DNA from: Podarcis bocagei
Taxonomy: Eukaryota
DNA: 64,000 nucleotides
Direction: 5' to 3' (one strand)
Assembly: GCA_964188305.1 (NCBI GenBank)
Contig: OZ076889.1
The notes under the pieces were generated by a model. It ran no database searches. It had not been told where the DNA came from and worked only from the letters and a program-made list of their open reading frames with translations. This document shows positions 1 through 14,230 of this stretch, one piece after another. Position 1 is the first letter of the stretch; each line of letters opens with the position of its first letter. The translations under genes and the position numbers were made by a program.

Positions 1-1132
1 TCCAGACCTCTCATTTAACAGAAATAGCACTTCACCTACTTAATATAGCACTTGTGATCACACATAATCTGAACAGAAACACTTTTAAAATATGATGGCA
101 TTCTTCTGCTTACTTAAATAATCTTGCAAATCACTGTGATTTTCATTATAGACATACTGTAATTCCCTAAGTGATGTTATTGTGATCTCCTAAAATCTGT
201 GGTTCGCCTTGTCCAGTGTATAACAGCCCATTTTGGTACTCTAAGATTTTTGGATCAGGAGTAGGAACTGTTGCAACCAATTTTGGAGACAGTCAGCATT
301 CCAGATGCAATTTTCTCTTCCATTCCTGCTCACAGCTTTAGTCCCATTTGTTAAAGCACACTGATATCCACATACAGTTGTGTCAGTTGCATTATTTTAT
401 CTATTTGTTATATACTATTTCCACACATCACATACTTTGTGCTTATCTAATGCAGAGTGGCTGATTTGGAGGTTGTCAGGGGTTTTTTTTCAATCAATAG
501 GAGGAAATGAAGGACTTTAGGACCATTTCACAGACAATGAGCATCTCCAAATATTCCCCAAGACTCATTCTAGTACTCAATGAAACAAAGAATGCCCCCC
601 CCAAAAAAAAAAACAGACAAAGTAATCATAAATATAGGAAGCCAGCAGCATTTATGCTGGTTTACCTTAAACCAGCATATTCCAAACTCCTATTCCAAAC
701 TCTATCCAGGAGCTAGGCTATGGCTGGCTTAGCCAGCCTGAGTCTGAAAGATGGGAAACAAGCTTTAAAAATAGAGTTTGACTTGCACCACCCTTTTTGC
801 CAGTGTAGGTTTTGCTGAGTTGCCAGCTTATGTCACTGAGCTGAAAGGAACGGGTTTATGTCTCTCCTTGACCTGACCTACCATGCTGTCCGCAGTGGCC
901 ATTTTGAGGATTTAGCCTGGCTTCAGTTGCGCCATCTTAAGTTATGCCAGCTGAGCCAGGATGAAAGACTTACTCTGGCAGATCTCCAACTGAGTCTGGA
1001 TATGGGAGTCATGCCAGCAGAGTCTGAATCAGCTGAGGCAGCTCAGGTTGCCATATGCCCTCTTTTTCCAGGACACGTTCTCTTTTTCATAAGTATGTAA
1101 AATGAGAGTTGGCATAGTGATCCATAGTTAAA

Positions 1133-1543
1133 AGTCTTCTTTGGCGATCACTTGTAGCCGAATAAGATTGTCTTCCATAAACACGGTTTTAACAGTGAAT
1201 CTGTAAGTGGCTGTGGAGGCCAATTCTGGATCCACACGTCCTTCCACAGTGGGGACATCGGTTTCCGAGTGGGAGTTGATCACGGTGTGGATTTGCCAAA
1301 CATGCCTTCCTCTTAGCACGTTTCTCCCTTGCGTCCTGAATTCGAGTGTCTTCAAAGCCCATGGCACCTTTGGTAAAGGCTGTTCTCCAACTGGAGCGCT
1401 CACAGGCCAGTGTTTCCCAGTTGTCGGTGTTAATACTACATTTTTTTTAGATTTGCCTTGAGACAGTCTTTAAACCTCTTTTGTTGACCACCAGCATTAC
1501 ACTTTCCATTTTTAAGTTCAGAATAGAGTATTGCTTTGGAAGT
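1133..1543 (-). mobile_element. RTE-clade LINE 3' fragment
   Basis: Minus strand reads ...NAGGQQKRFKDCLKANLKKCSINTDNWETLACERSSWR...CPHCGRTCGSRIGLHSHLQIHC*, the typical RTE C-terminus with a C2H2 finger; frameshifted. Confidence 0.8.
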
Positions 1544-1955
1544 AGAAGTCGGCAAATATATCTTCTTTTTTGCTCTTCAAAATATGGCAACCCTAAACCT
1601 CTTCCAAACTCACTCATCTGGGAACATCTTGGGTTTGGGTGGCACTGTAAGCCCTTTGTCCAAAACAATCAGTGAAAGTTTTGTTTTCCTTTTTCCTGAT
1701 GGTTGATCTGTTTTGAAGAGCGCTGTTAACTTCAATGCCAACATGATTGATTGCTGCTCTTATCAGCTTAGCGTTGTTGGCACACACATAAACACAAGCA
1801 CGGTGTGTTTTCTCATCACATTTGAATTTCTAATTCTCCCAGTGCTTGGTAAATTGCTGAATTAGTAAAGTTGTATTAAGTTTAAATAGGTAAGCAATTT
1901 CCATGTGCCCAATGTTGTAAGACTGTTAAAGATACAAGAAAGAGCACACACTCAT

Positions 1956-2100
1956 GGGAACATATAGCTCAGTCGGTAGAGCATGAGGCTCTTAATCTCA
2001 GGACAGTGGGTTTGAGCCCCACATTGGGCAAAAGATTCCTGCATTGCAGGTTGTTGGACTAGATGACCCTTGTGCCCCTTCCAACTCTTCAATTCTATTA
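1956..2100 (+). mobile_element. tRNA-derived SINE with CR1-like tail (Squam3-like)
   Basis: tRNA-Lys-like head (TAGCTCAGTCGGTAGAGCATGAG, degenerate B box) followed by the CR1-type 3' end GGACTAGATGACC...CCCTTCCAACTC...ATTCTAT. Confidence 0.75.
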
Positions 2101-2257
2101 TTATTCAATACTAAGATGGTGTGGGATGTTCATTGGATTAAAAATCGTATGAGGTCCACTTTTTGATAGTCCTGAACTTCATCATCTAGAACCAACTAAA
2201 TAATCAGGGATGATCTGATAACTGACATTTCCATACTTTTTGTTTGCATGTTTTATT

Positions 2258-2450
2258 ATATTTATGTTCCATATTTCCTCCAAGGAGCTCAAGGTGGTGT
2301 ACACAGTATGCTCCCTCATCATTTTATCATTACAATGACCCTGCGAGGTAGCAAGCGACTGGCCCAAGGTCACCCAGTTAGTTTCCTGGCTGGGTGAGGA
2401 TTTGAACCCTTGTCTCCCAGATCCTACTACAACACTCTAACCAATACGCT
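2258..2450 (-). mobile_element. old tRNA/MIR-like SINE
   Basis: GACTGGCCCAAGGTCACCCAG core plus GGATTTGAACCC (B box on the minus strand). Confidence 0.6.
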
Positions 2451-3167
2451 TCTGGGCTATTAACACTTTGCTGCCTTGATCTGTTTATACCTACCTATGT
2501 TCTTTTTAATAAATGTTTTCATTTCAGATTTTATAATGAGAATAAATAACAGGATAAAATACAACAGTACCTGCACTCTTAAACAGGAGCCCATCAGACT
2601 CAGAAGTGATGTCCTTCTGAATCTTTGTGCACTGACCACTCAGTGAGAATTAAACTACTCGTGTTCCTCTTTGCTTTGCTCCTACGTTAAAAAGAAAGCA
2701 TTGCTCATTGCTCATCTTCAGAGGCATAAAAGTACCATTTCAGGTTTCAAAGGCAAGGGGATCACAAAGAGATTCCAGCAGGAGGACCAGATTCAGAGCC
2801 ATATCCAGAGCTTTACATCTGGAAATATAAGGCTAAGTTGTAAAAATGGAAGCACTGTGGAGTGCTTTTTAATACTGCATAGTAACAAGAGATAAGAAAT
2901 ATAGGTGCCTCTGAAGAACAGTCATATGTGATTTGGAACACAGGGGGTGGGCAAAATCATCCCCTCCCTCCAAATGGCTCTCTTTTTATGTCTTGATTAA
3001 TGAAAACACAGGATTCTGCCTTTTTTTAAAAAAGGGCATCTCTACCCACCTATTTCTATCTTACTCAACCTGGGGCCCTCCAGATATTTTGGACTACAAT
3101 GCATTATTTTAGTGTTGTTAGCCGCCCTGAGCCCGGCTCCGGCTGGGGAGGGTGGGATATAAATAAA

Positions 3168-3223
<56 letters not shown>
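3168..3223. repeat. (ATT)n microsatellite inside an interrupted palindromic MITE
   Basis: Pure ATT run; flanks (~3063-3100 and ~3225-3305) are the two halves of the CCTCCAGATGTTTTGGACTACAA-type MITE. Confidence 0.85.
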
Positions 3224-3224
<1 letters not shown>

Positions 3225-3624
3225 CAGCCCCTGCCAGCACTGACAATCGTCAGGGATGGTGTAAGTTGTGGTGCAAAACACCTGAAGGGCACCAGGTTGG
3301 GGAAAGATTCTCTAGGAGACCAAAAACAATTAAGGCCTAACAGAAGGATGTCATAAAACTCATGGGGAGGCCACAAAACAATTATTGCATTGAGCAATCC
3401 ATACCCCGACCACAAAGTTTATAAATCATCATGGGCCATGTAAGGTAAGTTGTGAAACTTCCATGCATCACGTCTCTGAAGGTTTCTTGGCAAACGACAT
3501 AGAGCACCATGATGCTGAAAATATTTGCCATGGAAGACCATTTTTAGCCTTTCAGCGCTCCATATGATAGCTCCAAGCCCTTATTTTGAATTCCAGAACT
3601 TGTACAGCCACCTAAAACTTGTAG

Positions 3625-3805
3625 GAACATAGGAATGTGCCTAATACAGAATCAGACTGTTGGTCCCTGTAGCTCACTAACGTTTATACTGACTTTCCGT
3701 GGTTGTCCAGAGTTTCAGACTTGAGAGTTTCCTAACACTACCTTGAAAGGCTAGGGATTGGACCTGGGAGCTTTTTCATGCAAAGCATGTACTCTAGCCA
3801 CAGCT
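3625..3805 (-). mobile_element. degenerate tRNA-SINE
   Basis: Same layout as 46736-46920 (GAACATAGGAA...CAGA...TTGGTCC...TAGCTCA ... ACCTGGGA...CATGCAAAGCA). Confidence 0.55.
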
Positions 3806-6067
3806 CTTTCCCAAGTATGACCTACAGCACTAGAGTCAGAAATGCCAATGACAGACCAGTTTAAGCTGCAAACTGGCAGTACAATGTGAGTGCAAAGGCA
3901 CCCAATAGCAATTAGAAATGAATGAATGAAGTCATAATATTGCTGAACCAAGCTAGAAGGATTGGTTTCCTTTAATTAATCTTCAAATTCAGACTTGTAC
4001 CAATGCAAGTGTTCAGACACACTCTTTGGCTTCATTTAATCCCCTTAATTTGGAAGCATTGCAAAGCTAAACTTGTTTCATTAATTTGCAACTGCGTTCA
4101 TTACTACAATTTTTATTGAAGTCAGTTCAAACTCAACATCATAAGCAGCATTCACACAATCTAATCATTTTGGTTTTGTAAATCAGAGATTTACTGAAAC
4201 CAATTTTTTTTTTGACGCTGAAGAAATCCATTGGTTGTAGCATTGCAGTAACCAGACAATTACCTAAGTTTTGAACTAAGGAAGAAATTAACAGATAAGG
4301 AAGAAAATACTAGGAACCAAATTCAGGAAATGAAGGAAATGATCATACTTAAGCCTCATTGAACTCAAAGGGTTCAGTGGTTTGGTTAAGCACATACAAC
4401 TTTATTGAGGCTGAATCCTACATGAGCAGGTATATAATTATGGAAAACTGAATTATTTGAGAATTTATAATGAAATCCACCACTGATGATTAAGAAAAAA
4501 TGAATCAAATGATAACTGACTGACAGCGAAAAATGAATAGCCATCCAATAGTGATTTCCTTCATGAATATTAAATAGCAGATTCTAACTGAATAAATGAG
4601 ATAAAATATATGGAATGCACTGCAAAATTAGCACATATAATTCAGTGTTTATATTTGTCAGTGAATGAAATAAGATGAGCATTAATTTGTTTGACATAGT
4701 TGCTACACCTCTAAGCACTTTTTATTGATTGATTGATTGATTGATTGATTTGATTTGATTCTGTGCAGCAATGTGTGTCCAAGCCTCAAGATGGTGTGCC
4801 AATTTTTTTAAAAAAAGAACTTTAAAATCATAACATCCAGCAACAGTGTATTACAATAAACCCATATACAACTAAAAACAGAAGGAACAACACCAGCCCT
4901 CCTCTTATGAAAGGCAAGCAAGCCTTGAGAAATAAGTTTTGCATTGACTCTGCAATACAATGAGGCTCGGTTTCAAACAAGCTTCGGAAGAGGATAAACT
5001 TCCAGAATCTCACTGTAGTTAACTAGTGGCCTGCAGGCCAGATCTGGCTCAGCAAGCTGTAGAAAATTGCCCAACAGACCCGCCTCCGAATCTCAGCTCT
5101 GAGATTGGGAGATAAAGTGCTCTGGCTCCTCTTTAGAGAGCAATCATTACAGAGGAGGAGTTTTTGTCTCCCAATCGCAATACTGTGATACTCAGTGCTG
5201 AGATGGAGAGGGGGGAAACCCTCCACCTTCTCCTTTGGAGAGCAATTCCAGGAAGCAGGAGGAGATTTTGGTTTAAAAAACAAAACAAAACTCTACTGAA
5301 CTCAGTGATTAGAAGAAAACTCCTTTGCCTGCTCTTTAGAGCTGAAGCGTCAACAGCAACATCACTCCTATCGCCTGTGCTGTGAGGGAGACAGTCCTGG
5401 AAACATTGTCTTTTACTCTTCCCAAGTGCTTTTGTGAAGGATCTCTAAAAATATGTGAAGAGTAAAAAGTAGCTTTAGCTTATAACTACAACAGAAAATA
5501 ACTCCTCATGTGCTTTTGAAGTTTGACATGTCACATTTTCTGAATTGGTGCATCTGAGCGCTACCCTGAGTATCTCTCAAGGATGTTTGGAAAGAAAGTG
5601 GTCCTTCAGATATGAAGGGCCTGAAGATTTGATAAGGCAATGACAAGAAGCATAAAGTGAACCTAAAATCATGCTGGCGGCCTTCAAAACACTGTCCTAA
5701 GAATCTTGCATAATAATCACTGGAGCTGATTCACTGTGTTTCCACACCATGTTTTTCATGGTTGTACCAACCTAAAGTTCTTTACCATAATCTATTTGTG
5801 TGTGAGGTGCAAGGTCTGATGCCTGCAAGTTCACGATTAGAAGGGAAAGGGGGGGGGAGGGATTTCCTTGACGTGAATGTGGGGAGAATATGGTGTGTTA
5901 ATGCTCCAGTCTGGAAACTGTGTAGATGTGTAGGGGAGGGGGTGGCATGCACAAATGGTGCAAGGACTATGAATGACCCTCAGCAGGAGATCCAGATATC
6001 TGCTTACCCTTGCCTGCAAGCCACAGGCTCCCAGCCTTGCTAAGGAACAAGGTTTTTAAGTACAATA

Positions 6068-6292
6068 CAGTCAAATCTTGGCTCCCAAATGGCTCCATTT
6101 TGGAACGTTTTGACTCCCAAATGCTGAAAACCCAGAAGTAAACATTTTTCGGAAGCCAAACATCCGACACGGCTTCCGCTTGAGTGCAGGAAGCTCCTGC
6201 AAACAATTGGAAGCCGTGCCTCAGTTGTCAAATGTTTCAGAAGCCAAACAGGCTTCTGGAATGGATTATGTTCAACAACCGAGGTTTGACTG
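6068..6292. mobile_element. Tc1/mariner (pogo/Tigger-like) MITE
   Basis: TA|CAGTCAAATCTTGG ... CCGAGGTTTGACTG|TA: imperfect TIRs with TA target duplication. Confidence 0.75.
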
Positions 6293-6315
6293 TACTTGGG
6301 GAGGTGGGGGAGAGA

Positions 6316-6317
<2 letters not shown>

Positions 6318-6370
<53 letters not shown>

Positions 6371-6435
6371 TTATTTATTTATACCCTACCCATCTGGCTG
6401 GGTTTCCCCAGCCACTCTGGGCGGCTTCCAGCAGA
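6318..6435 (-). mobile_element. (AAT)n microsatellite plus L2-like LINE 3' end
   Basis: AAT run followed by TATACCC...CCATCTGGCTGGGTTTCCCCAGCCACTCTGGGCGGC, shared with 13901 onward. Confidence 0.6.
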
Positions 6436-9288
6436 ATATTAAAATGATTCATCCAGTATTAAAAGTAACACACTTTCAGTTGGGAGCCCAGCCTAATCTA
6501 CTTCCACTAACACACCGGCCCCGCCCTCTAGCAGTTTGTACAAGAGGAAAGCCTAATAAGTCATTTGTGTCCAAAGTGATGAAGAAAGAGAAGGAACTGA
6601 GCGAAGAATCTGTCAACAGAGTTGTTTCCAAGCAATATCCGCCCCCACTCTCCAAGTGGCACAATAGATTTTACGTCTCATTCTCCCCAGTGACACTGAC
6701 ACATGTCTTGGCCTTTGTACTGCTTAGATTGCCCTTCTTTTTCTTAAAAAAAAAGCCAGGTAGAAGTGCCTCATTGAAGCAGAAAGATTCTATTAGGTTC
6801 AACAAATCCCATTTGTTTGTTCCATTGGTCTTCTCAGTACTGGGACCGTGCTTCTAAAAGGAATGACTGTATATCCTCTTTAGCCCTGCTCATCTAACAG
6901 GAGAGGGGAATGAAGGAGGTTGGGGAGTTTGGAAGCAAGCAAAGAAATGCCATTGTTCAGACTGATTGCAAATGCCCCTGTGTTGGTTCAATACAGAGCA
7001 TCTCTATTGCTGTAGTTGGATGTCATGAAATGAAAGGATTTGGTGCACTAAAGACATTTGAAAAGACTCATTTAATTTGGCACAACCCTTCTTTCTGGCA
7101 GTGACAGCAGGGATCCTCCACAGCTGATTGAATTTACAGACTAGCTAATTCTGATACTACAAAATCATTCTCACAAAGTTCTCATCTTCATAGGAAGTGT
7201 AAGGTTTTAATCGAAAATTGCAGCATAAGCTCTTTTTCAGGTGATTAGAGTAAATTCGAGGCCTGACATTGAAAAATGAAGAATGCACAGTACAAATGAT
7301 TTTATGGTGGGTTGTTGCAACCAGAAATTCTACCTGCAATAAAGCTTATACTGAGTGTAATATAATAGCTAGCAAATGCTGGACAAGGACTGAGGAGATC
7401 TGGGTTCAAATCCCTGCTGGTTCAAATCCCTGTTCAGCTTCTTAATTTCTTCTTAATTCCTTGGGTGACTTTTCCCAGTCACAAACTTTCAGCCTAATCT
7501 GTGTTTACTACTCTGCTTGTCTTTGTGGACGGTTGTCCTCAGGAATGGATACTTGAGTTATTCACTACACCCTTGGAGCCCAATGAGAGAATATTACCGG
7601 TATATCTTTCTGCTGAGTTGGGCCTTGGACTTCTGCCCCAAAGTTCTTCTGGTATCATTGTTTTCCTCTGAATGAAGTAGTGCATATAATATACCCAAAT
7701 CTGGCTAGCTTACAATAATCAGATTTCCTAGCCTCTCTCACATCCTTGTGCTTGTAACGGTTACTTAGGCTAAAGTCATATGCCTTGAGTTTTTCTTTTG
7801 CTTGTTTGTTTTCCCCCTCAGGCATTCTTCTCTTTTAATTCACTACAGTCAGCTTCAGAGTATTTCAAGGCTGGATTTTTTTCCTCCCATGTTTGCTTGT
7901 TCACTTGCTTGTTTTGGAAGGGCATCAACAGGCTACGCTGTTGCTAACCTGCGCGATGTTCTAAGCCTTGGGCTAATTGGCTGGCAGCCAGTTTTACAAG
8001 GTAAACGTGCAACTGAGCTTGGCCGTTCCAAACCTTGAACTATATCTATCTACCTATAGATATATAGATATATATAGGAGGAAGGAAGAGAGCAGGATGA
8101 TACCTTGCACATATGCACTGTGGGCTTTCATCCTCTGCATTGCTTTGCATTTTTCTTTCAGCCCCAATCAGCTAAATAAACTTCAAGGGCTTGGTTTGGC
8201 CTTTGTGTTTGATATCTTTAGCTCATCAGAAATTGATAGTACAGATAGGTGGGTGACATACTTACTTTCCACCTTTTCCCATATTCATAAGCCTTAGAGC
8301 TCCAATAGTATATTCTTGGATATTTATTTACCGGTATATAGCACAAGTGTGTCTACCCTTCTTTGGGCCTGAGGGCCGCATTGGTGGTTAGCTACCTCTC
8401 TGAGGGCCACATACTAGTAACAGGAATGGTCAAAGAGGGCATGGCCGATGAAAATATGCATACACCCTCTGCACACACACACACACAAACATACATAAAA
8501 CAGAGAACTCATGTGTGAATATATGTGTGTGCATGCCTGAACAGAAGGTGGAAAACAGGCAGGTAAGAAGTTACACACCCATTTACTGGGTGAAATCTGA
8601 GTTAGTCATGACTAACAGTTGAATACCACCTATTATATATCAGAATAAAAAAAATTATAGTGTTTATTGGGTGGGGTACTTCATTTATTATAATGTTATG
8701 TACTTTATGCATTATGACGTTGATAAAGTGGCTACTTGTAGACCAGTGAAATCTATCCTTTTGCTGCTACAGATTTCTTTTTGGAATTAGTCACTGAGAT
8801 CCACTGTGGTAATATGGTCTGGGGAGATTGCTCAATCCTTGCTCTCCTGCGATGCTTGAATTATCTTGAGTTAGAAGCTCTCTGCCTAAATCACAGGATT
8901 GAAATACGGAGGGGGGAAATCCATGCATACTGTGCTCAAGGCTACTTGGAAGAAAGATGGGATTAAAAAGGTAATAATAATTGACATTGTTCTTCCTCAC
9001 AGTTACACTGTGAGTTGAATCATTCGTGCTCCTATTCCATAAAACGCCTGCTTTTTCAGTGATTTGCCACATGTTCCTTCCCCCAGAATCTTTTTACCAA
9101 GGCTCTTCGGAGAGAAGGCATGCGCAGTACACAACATGGCTGCCTGTACTCTCCAAAACACATGCAGTATACCTCACTGTGAGTCTCTTTGCAGTCCCAA
9201 TTGGCTGCAGCTTCAGCCCCCATTGTTTTCTTTCAAATCACCCTTCTTCCAAGTATCAGCAGGATTATCACACAGCTAACCAGATTGA

Positions 9289-9773
9289 AGCAGAGACATC
9301 ACCTTGCCAACAAAGGTCCATATAGTTAAAGCTATGGTTTTCCCAGTAGTGATGTATGGAAGTGAGAGCTGGACCATAAAGAAGGCTGATCGCCAAAGAA
9401 TTGATGCTTTTGAATTATGGTGCTGGAGGAGATTCTTGAGAGTCCCATGGACTGCAAGAAGATCAAACCTATCCATTCTTAAGGAAATCAGCCCTGAGTG
9501 CTCACTGGAAGGACAGATCCTGAAGCTGAGACTCCAGTACTTTGGCCACCTCATGAGAAGAGAAGACTCCCTGGAAAAGACCCTGGTGTTGGGAAAGATG
9601 GAGGGCACAAGGAGAAGGGGATGACAGAGGATGAGATGGTTGGACAGTGTTCTCGAAGCTACCAGCATGAGTTTGACTAAACTGCGGGAGGCAGTGGAAG
9701 ACAGAAGTGCCTGGCGTGCTCTGGTCCATGGAGTCACGAAGAGTCAGACACGACTAAACGACTAAACAACAAC
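9289..9773 (+). mobile_element. 5'-truncated Bov-B (RTE) LINE
   Basis: Encodes TKVHIVKAMVFPVVMYGSESWTIKKA...AFELWCWRR...LQYFGHLMRREDSLEK; short CAA tail; 11-bp TSD AACCAGATTGA at 9278-9288 and 9774-9784. Confidence 0.95.
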
Positions 9774-12700
9774 AACCAGATTGAGCTACAGAATAACACC
9801 AGTGAGATTTATTCAGCAAAGCTATTACAGATCGAAGGCAATGGCTTTTGATTAAGCGCTGCCTTTACTATGAATTGGCTTTGTTGGACCTCAGTAATAT
9901 TCTCACCTAGCCCAATCTCATTAGCTGTGTGTGACCATCGCTATTGCTAAGGTGAAAAGCAGTTTTAAAACAGAAAATGGCAGTGAAGCAGCACTGGTTT
10001 GGACTAGAAACACATTTTTTTTAAGGGAAAAACCCCACAACGACACTCTTTTCCTGTGGTTCTTCCCCACTGAAGGGAAGGACACTGTCCCTTTTTTTTC
10101 ACCCAGAGAAACATTGTCTTTACCATTGCATACACCAGATGAGGCAGAGATGTAACTAAGTGTTTGGAAGCCGACATATTCTGTGAGCAACGCTGCTAAA
10201 GCAGATTTATGATTAACGGCTCGACTTGCGATGCCAGCAAAGATATTAAAACAGCTGATAATCTCTGAGGGATTAGCTTGGGTTTAGAGATGCATTTCAC
10301 AGGGACTAAACCGGAACAGTCAGTTCCGTGAGCATAAAACTTTGGGTTTCAGGGAAGCAAGTGCTTTGTTTCTTGTGGGCTAAATATACTTTTGAGCCCC
10401 CAAGCCTTTTAATCCAGCTTGCATGCATCCATTTATTAGCCAATGATCTAGGTTTACATAAGATTGACGCTGCAGCCACAGCAGATTTTGAGAACATCTC
10501 CTTTTCGTGGGTAGATCCTAAGCATTTAGAAAAGATTTGGGAGCCAAGTTATAAAAGATGGGAAATGCTACATTGGAGGACATTGGCATTTAGATCAACT
10601 GGCATATACAACTGCTCAGCAGGCTTTTTCAGCACTGGAGCAGATGGTTGCAACCAAGCCACCTCCATTGTCTTCTTCATAGCCTTCCTTCTCACTTTCT
10701 TTTATTTGCTACCATCAGTTAACCTATAGCATCATCTTGCGCCTTCGTCATGAGAGATACTGATTATCAGGCAGGAGCCTTCACTGTACTATTTTTGTCA
10801 CCTGCTAAAAACATTTTTGTTTAGGCAAGCTTACCCAGATCAATTGGCATCTAGAATGCTTCTGTGTGTTTTTAGCTTATTGCTGGTTTTAATTTTCTGA
10901 ATAGTTTTAACTTGTGTTCTTATTGCACAGCCATAGGGACCTTGCGTGCAGAAGGTCCCAAATCTAATACTCAGCCTCTTCAGGTAGGGCTGGGCCAAAA
11001 TCTTAAATCTTAACTGTGGTTTAAAGTGCTGAATGAACTGAGCCTATAAGTCCTTCCTCATTTTAAGACTAATAAGGGGCTGACATACTCAATTTCCCTC
11101 CTAGAACTAGCACAGGATGGACCTTAAAGATTTGAGTTTTTTTGCAGGTTTCTTGGGGACTGTAGAAAACTTGTGTGAGTTCAGCTTTGAAGGTTCAAGC
11201 TGTGAAACCTTTGGCTGTTGTGGTTTTATGACAGTTTAATTGTTTTTCTGTAGAATGGTATGTTTCAGTTTGCACTTTTATTGGCTTTATTTTTGTTGGT
11301 GTGCTTATTGTTCACTATTTGAAATGTATTATACACACACATAAGCAACTTGTAGCTCATGAGGAGCAGGTGGGATGATAAATAAATAAATAAACAAATA
11401 AATAAATAAAATGCAGGTGAAAATGCAGCGTAAAAAATGGAATTTCTGGCATTAAGTGGGAGGCAATATCCTTTAAGGAGAGAGACGAATGGTCAAATGA
11501 TATCCAAATCATATTGTAACTTTGAGGGGGGAGTCTTTACATATCATCAAAAAGTTGGTTTGCGGAGAAAGGTTGAGATAGCACAATGAGGCCAGGAAAG
11601 CAGCTTTTACACTTTCCCTTTGTGTGCTTTATGCGAAGTACACAAAAACCAGCGATATTCTCAGCACCACAGTCCTGTCCCCCGAGGCAGGGGAGCTGTG
11701 ATGGCAGCAGACAGAGGCAAAGATGAAGAGTGATGAGGAGAAGAATGTTTAACAGTAGATTTATGGCATCATATTGCCTCTGAGAAAGATGTCTCACACA
11801 TCTGTCAATAGAGGTGCCACAGACATAACAGATAGGCTGTCAAGCTCTGAAAATCTTCATATATCATTTTTTAAAAAAAACAATGCAAAACTAAACTAGG
11901 CTTTTGTGGGACTCTTTGTGAAAGTAGGATCTTACCTTCTGGAGATATCCAAACCCATTTGTGATTGATGGCTCCAGTGCCCAAAGTTCCCACCTTCTTC
12001 CTCCCAATGAGTTTTTCAATTAAAAATGCTAGGTGAGTTAAAAATTAAACAACATATATCATACCTTGTGATGTTTCATATTATCAAGTCAAAGTGGGAA
12101 AGTAGACTGGAGCTCTATTCTAGTTTGCAATTTTTAATTTAGATACTTCCAGCTTAGCTTGCTAGAAAAGCTGTTATTTGGGGAAGGTTAATTAATAAAC
12201 ATCATTAAGGGCCGCTCCAGAATGGTGCTTTTTGCAACATGTAATTGAAACAATAATAGTTCATTAGTGGTGGATTTATACTGGACCATCTATGCATCAT
12301 TCCACTTTATTAGTTGTTCTCCAATGCTTCCCCAGTGCTTTTCATCCAGAGGGACACCATAGCACAACAAAGGTGTGTTAAAAAACAAACAAACAAATAT
12401 TTGTAGCATGAAAACTTACTGGATTTCAGTAGGAAGCTGTAGCACATGCACAGATTGGACATGAAGCGGGTGCAAATATTACTGAAAATATGATAGCATA
12501 CAACCAACCCCAAACCAACATGTGCGCAGATCATCAGGAATGTGCAATAAGCAGGGTTTCTGAAGCGGCCTGCAGTCTGAACAGCTAGGTAGATCAGATC
12601 TAGCAAAGTCCCTCCAGGACTATAGAACTGAGATATCTAGCAGTTGCCATCTAGAGCTCAAAGATGGAATAAGTAGGGTTTGTTTAAGCAGAGTAATGAC

Positions 12701-13852
12701 ACGTGAGACCAGATTTAAATGATTCATTGTTGATTAACTTCACCTGAGAAGCAGCAATATTGAAAGAAGTGTTTGAATCAAGTTGAGGCAACGCTCCAAA
12801 CCTGAACTACAAGGATCATGAGGGGTATTTGAAGGAAAGCTCCTAATTTGAGCCTAGTGGTGTTTTATCTGCTCCTAATTCTCCAGAGACAACCTGAGGG
12901 AGGACTTTATTGAGGGCAATGGTAAATCTTAGGACTCATTGCTTTCCCAACTCCACTTTTATTTCATCCTTGACTTAACCCTTTCCTAATTACCATGTAG
13001 GGAACCACTTCATTCATTTCTGTCCTGTGTTCCCAGTGGGAAGTAGCAACCATTGTGTGCACTCACCAGTACTGAGCACTGAGACGGTTGTGCCCAGTTG
13101 CTGGTTGTGTTGTCTGAACTCTGCATATGCAGTTTGTCTGCTCACCGCTGTGCATGAGCATTTTCAAGGGCTCACCGAGTGCTGTAGAATGCTGATCTGC
13201 CCACAGTTCTGCATGTGTGATCAAAATGGTCCTGGCAGGCACACACAGCAGTCACCATGCCTAAAACAATGGCGTGACTCAAACCCCCACGTCATTTTAA
13301 ACTGCCAGCTTACCTTCGGACCTTCTGCAAATAATGGACGTGCCCTGCATTATCTTCAAATAGCATATGAGTTGAAGGAGGGATGAAAACAAGTGGCAAG
13401 CAAAAGACAGCAGAGTATTTGAATTCACGCATATTGCTTCCCATGAAATGTTTTCCAACTGCAGAGCTTCCCTCAGAATCAGATCTGCTTTACTACGCAG
13501 ATGGCTTTTGAGCCAGCTCCTTTCCTTTGTGTAAATGTGATTGTTCGACTCAAGATCAACATGATGCATAACCAAAAATGAGAACCAGAAAGGCAATTTC
13601 AGACCTGCTAAGTCTCTATTATAGCAGCCTGTTCGTTTGGCATACATAAACAGCTCAAGCTTCATTAGCCCCCAGTTAGGACAATTAGGAGCCATTCTAG
13701 TGAAGATGTGTAACAACACTGTGATTTGGAAACATAGGCTAGTGAAACAAATCACCATGGCAACTGGAGTGTTTTGATGATAAATGTGAAAGATCTTTTA
13801 GATTTCCATTTTCCATAAGTGGACATGGTTTCGTTGTTGCCTATCTTGCTGT

Positions 13853-13853
13853 A

Positions 13854-13904
<51 letters not shown>

Positions 13905-14230
13905 CCCCACCCATCTGGCTTGGTTTCCCCAGCCACTATGGGCAGCTCACAGCATATATCAAAACATACTAAAACATCAAACATTAAAAACTTCCAAACT
14001 TCCTGATACTGGGCTGCCAGTCAGATAGTTGTTTATTTCCTTGACATCTGAAGGGAAGGTGTTCCACAGGGCGGGCGCCACTACCAAGAAGGTCCTCTGC
14101 CTCGTTCCCTGTAACCTCACTTCTCGCAGTGTGGGAACCAGCAGAAGACCCTCGGAGGAGGACCTCAGTGTCCAGACTCAACAATGGGGAAGGAGGCTCT
14201 CCTTCAGGTATATGGGTCAAGGTCATTTAG
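13853..14230 (-). mobile_element. (ATT)n tail plus L2-like LINE 3' fragment
   Basis: ATT run, then the same 3' terminus as 6375-6435 and an L2-type 3' region (GTTCCACAGGGCGGGCGCCACTACC-AGAAGG). Confidence 0.65.

Noticed and set aside
1956-2030. tRNA-Lys-like sequence
   Set aside because: Degenerate B box and continues into a CR1-type tail, so it is a SINE head rather than a tRNA gene.
6180-6857. 225-aa ORF with poly-Ile
   Set aside because: Runs through a MITE, an (AAT)n microsatellite and a LINE tail; a chance ORF.
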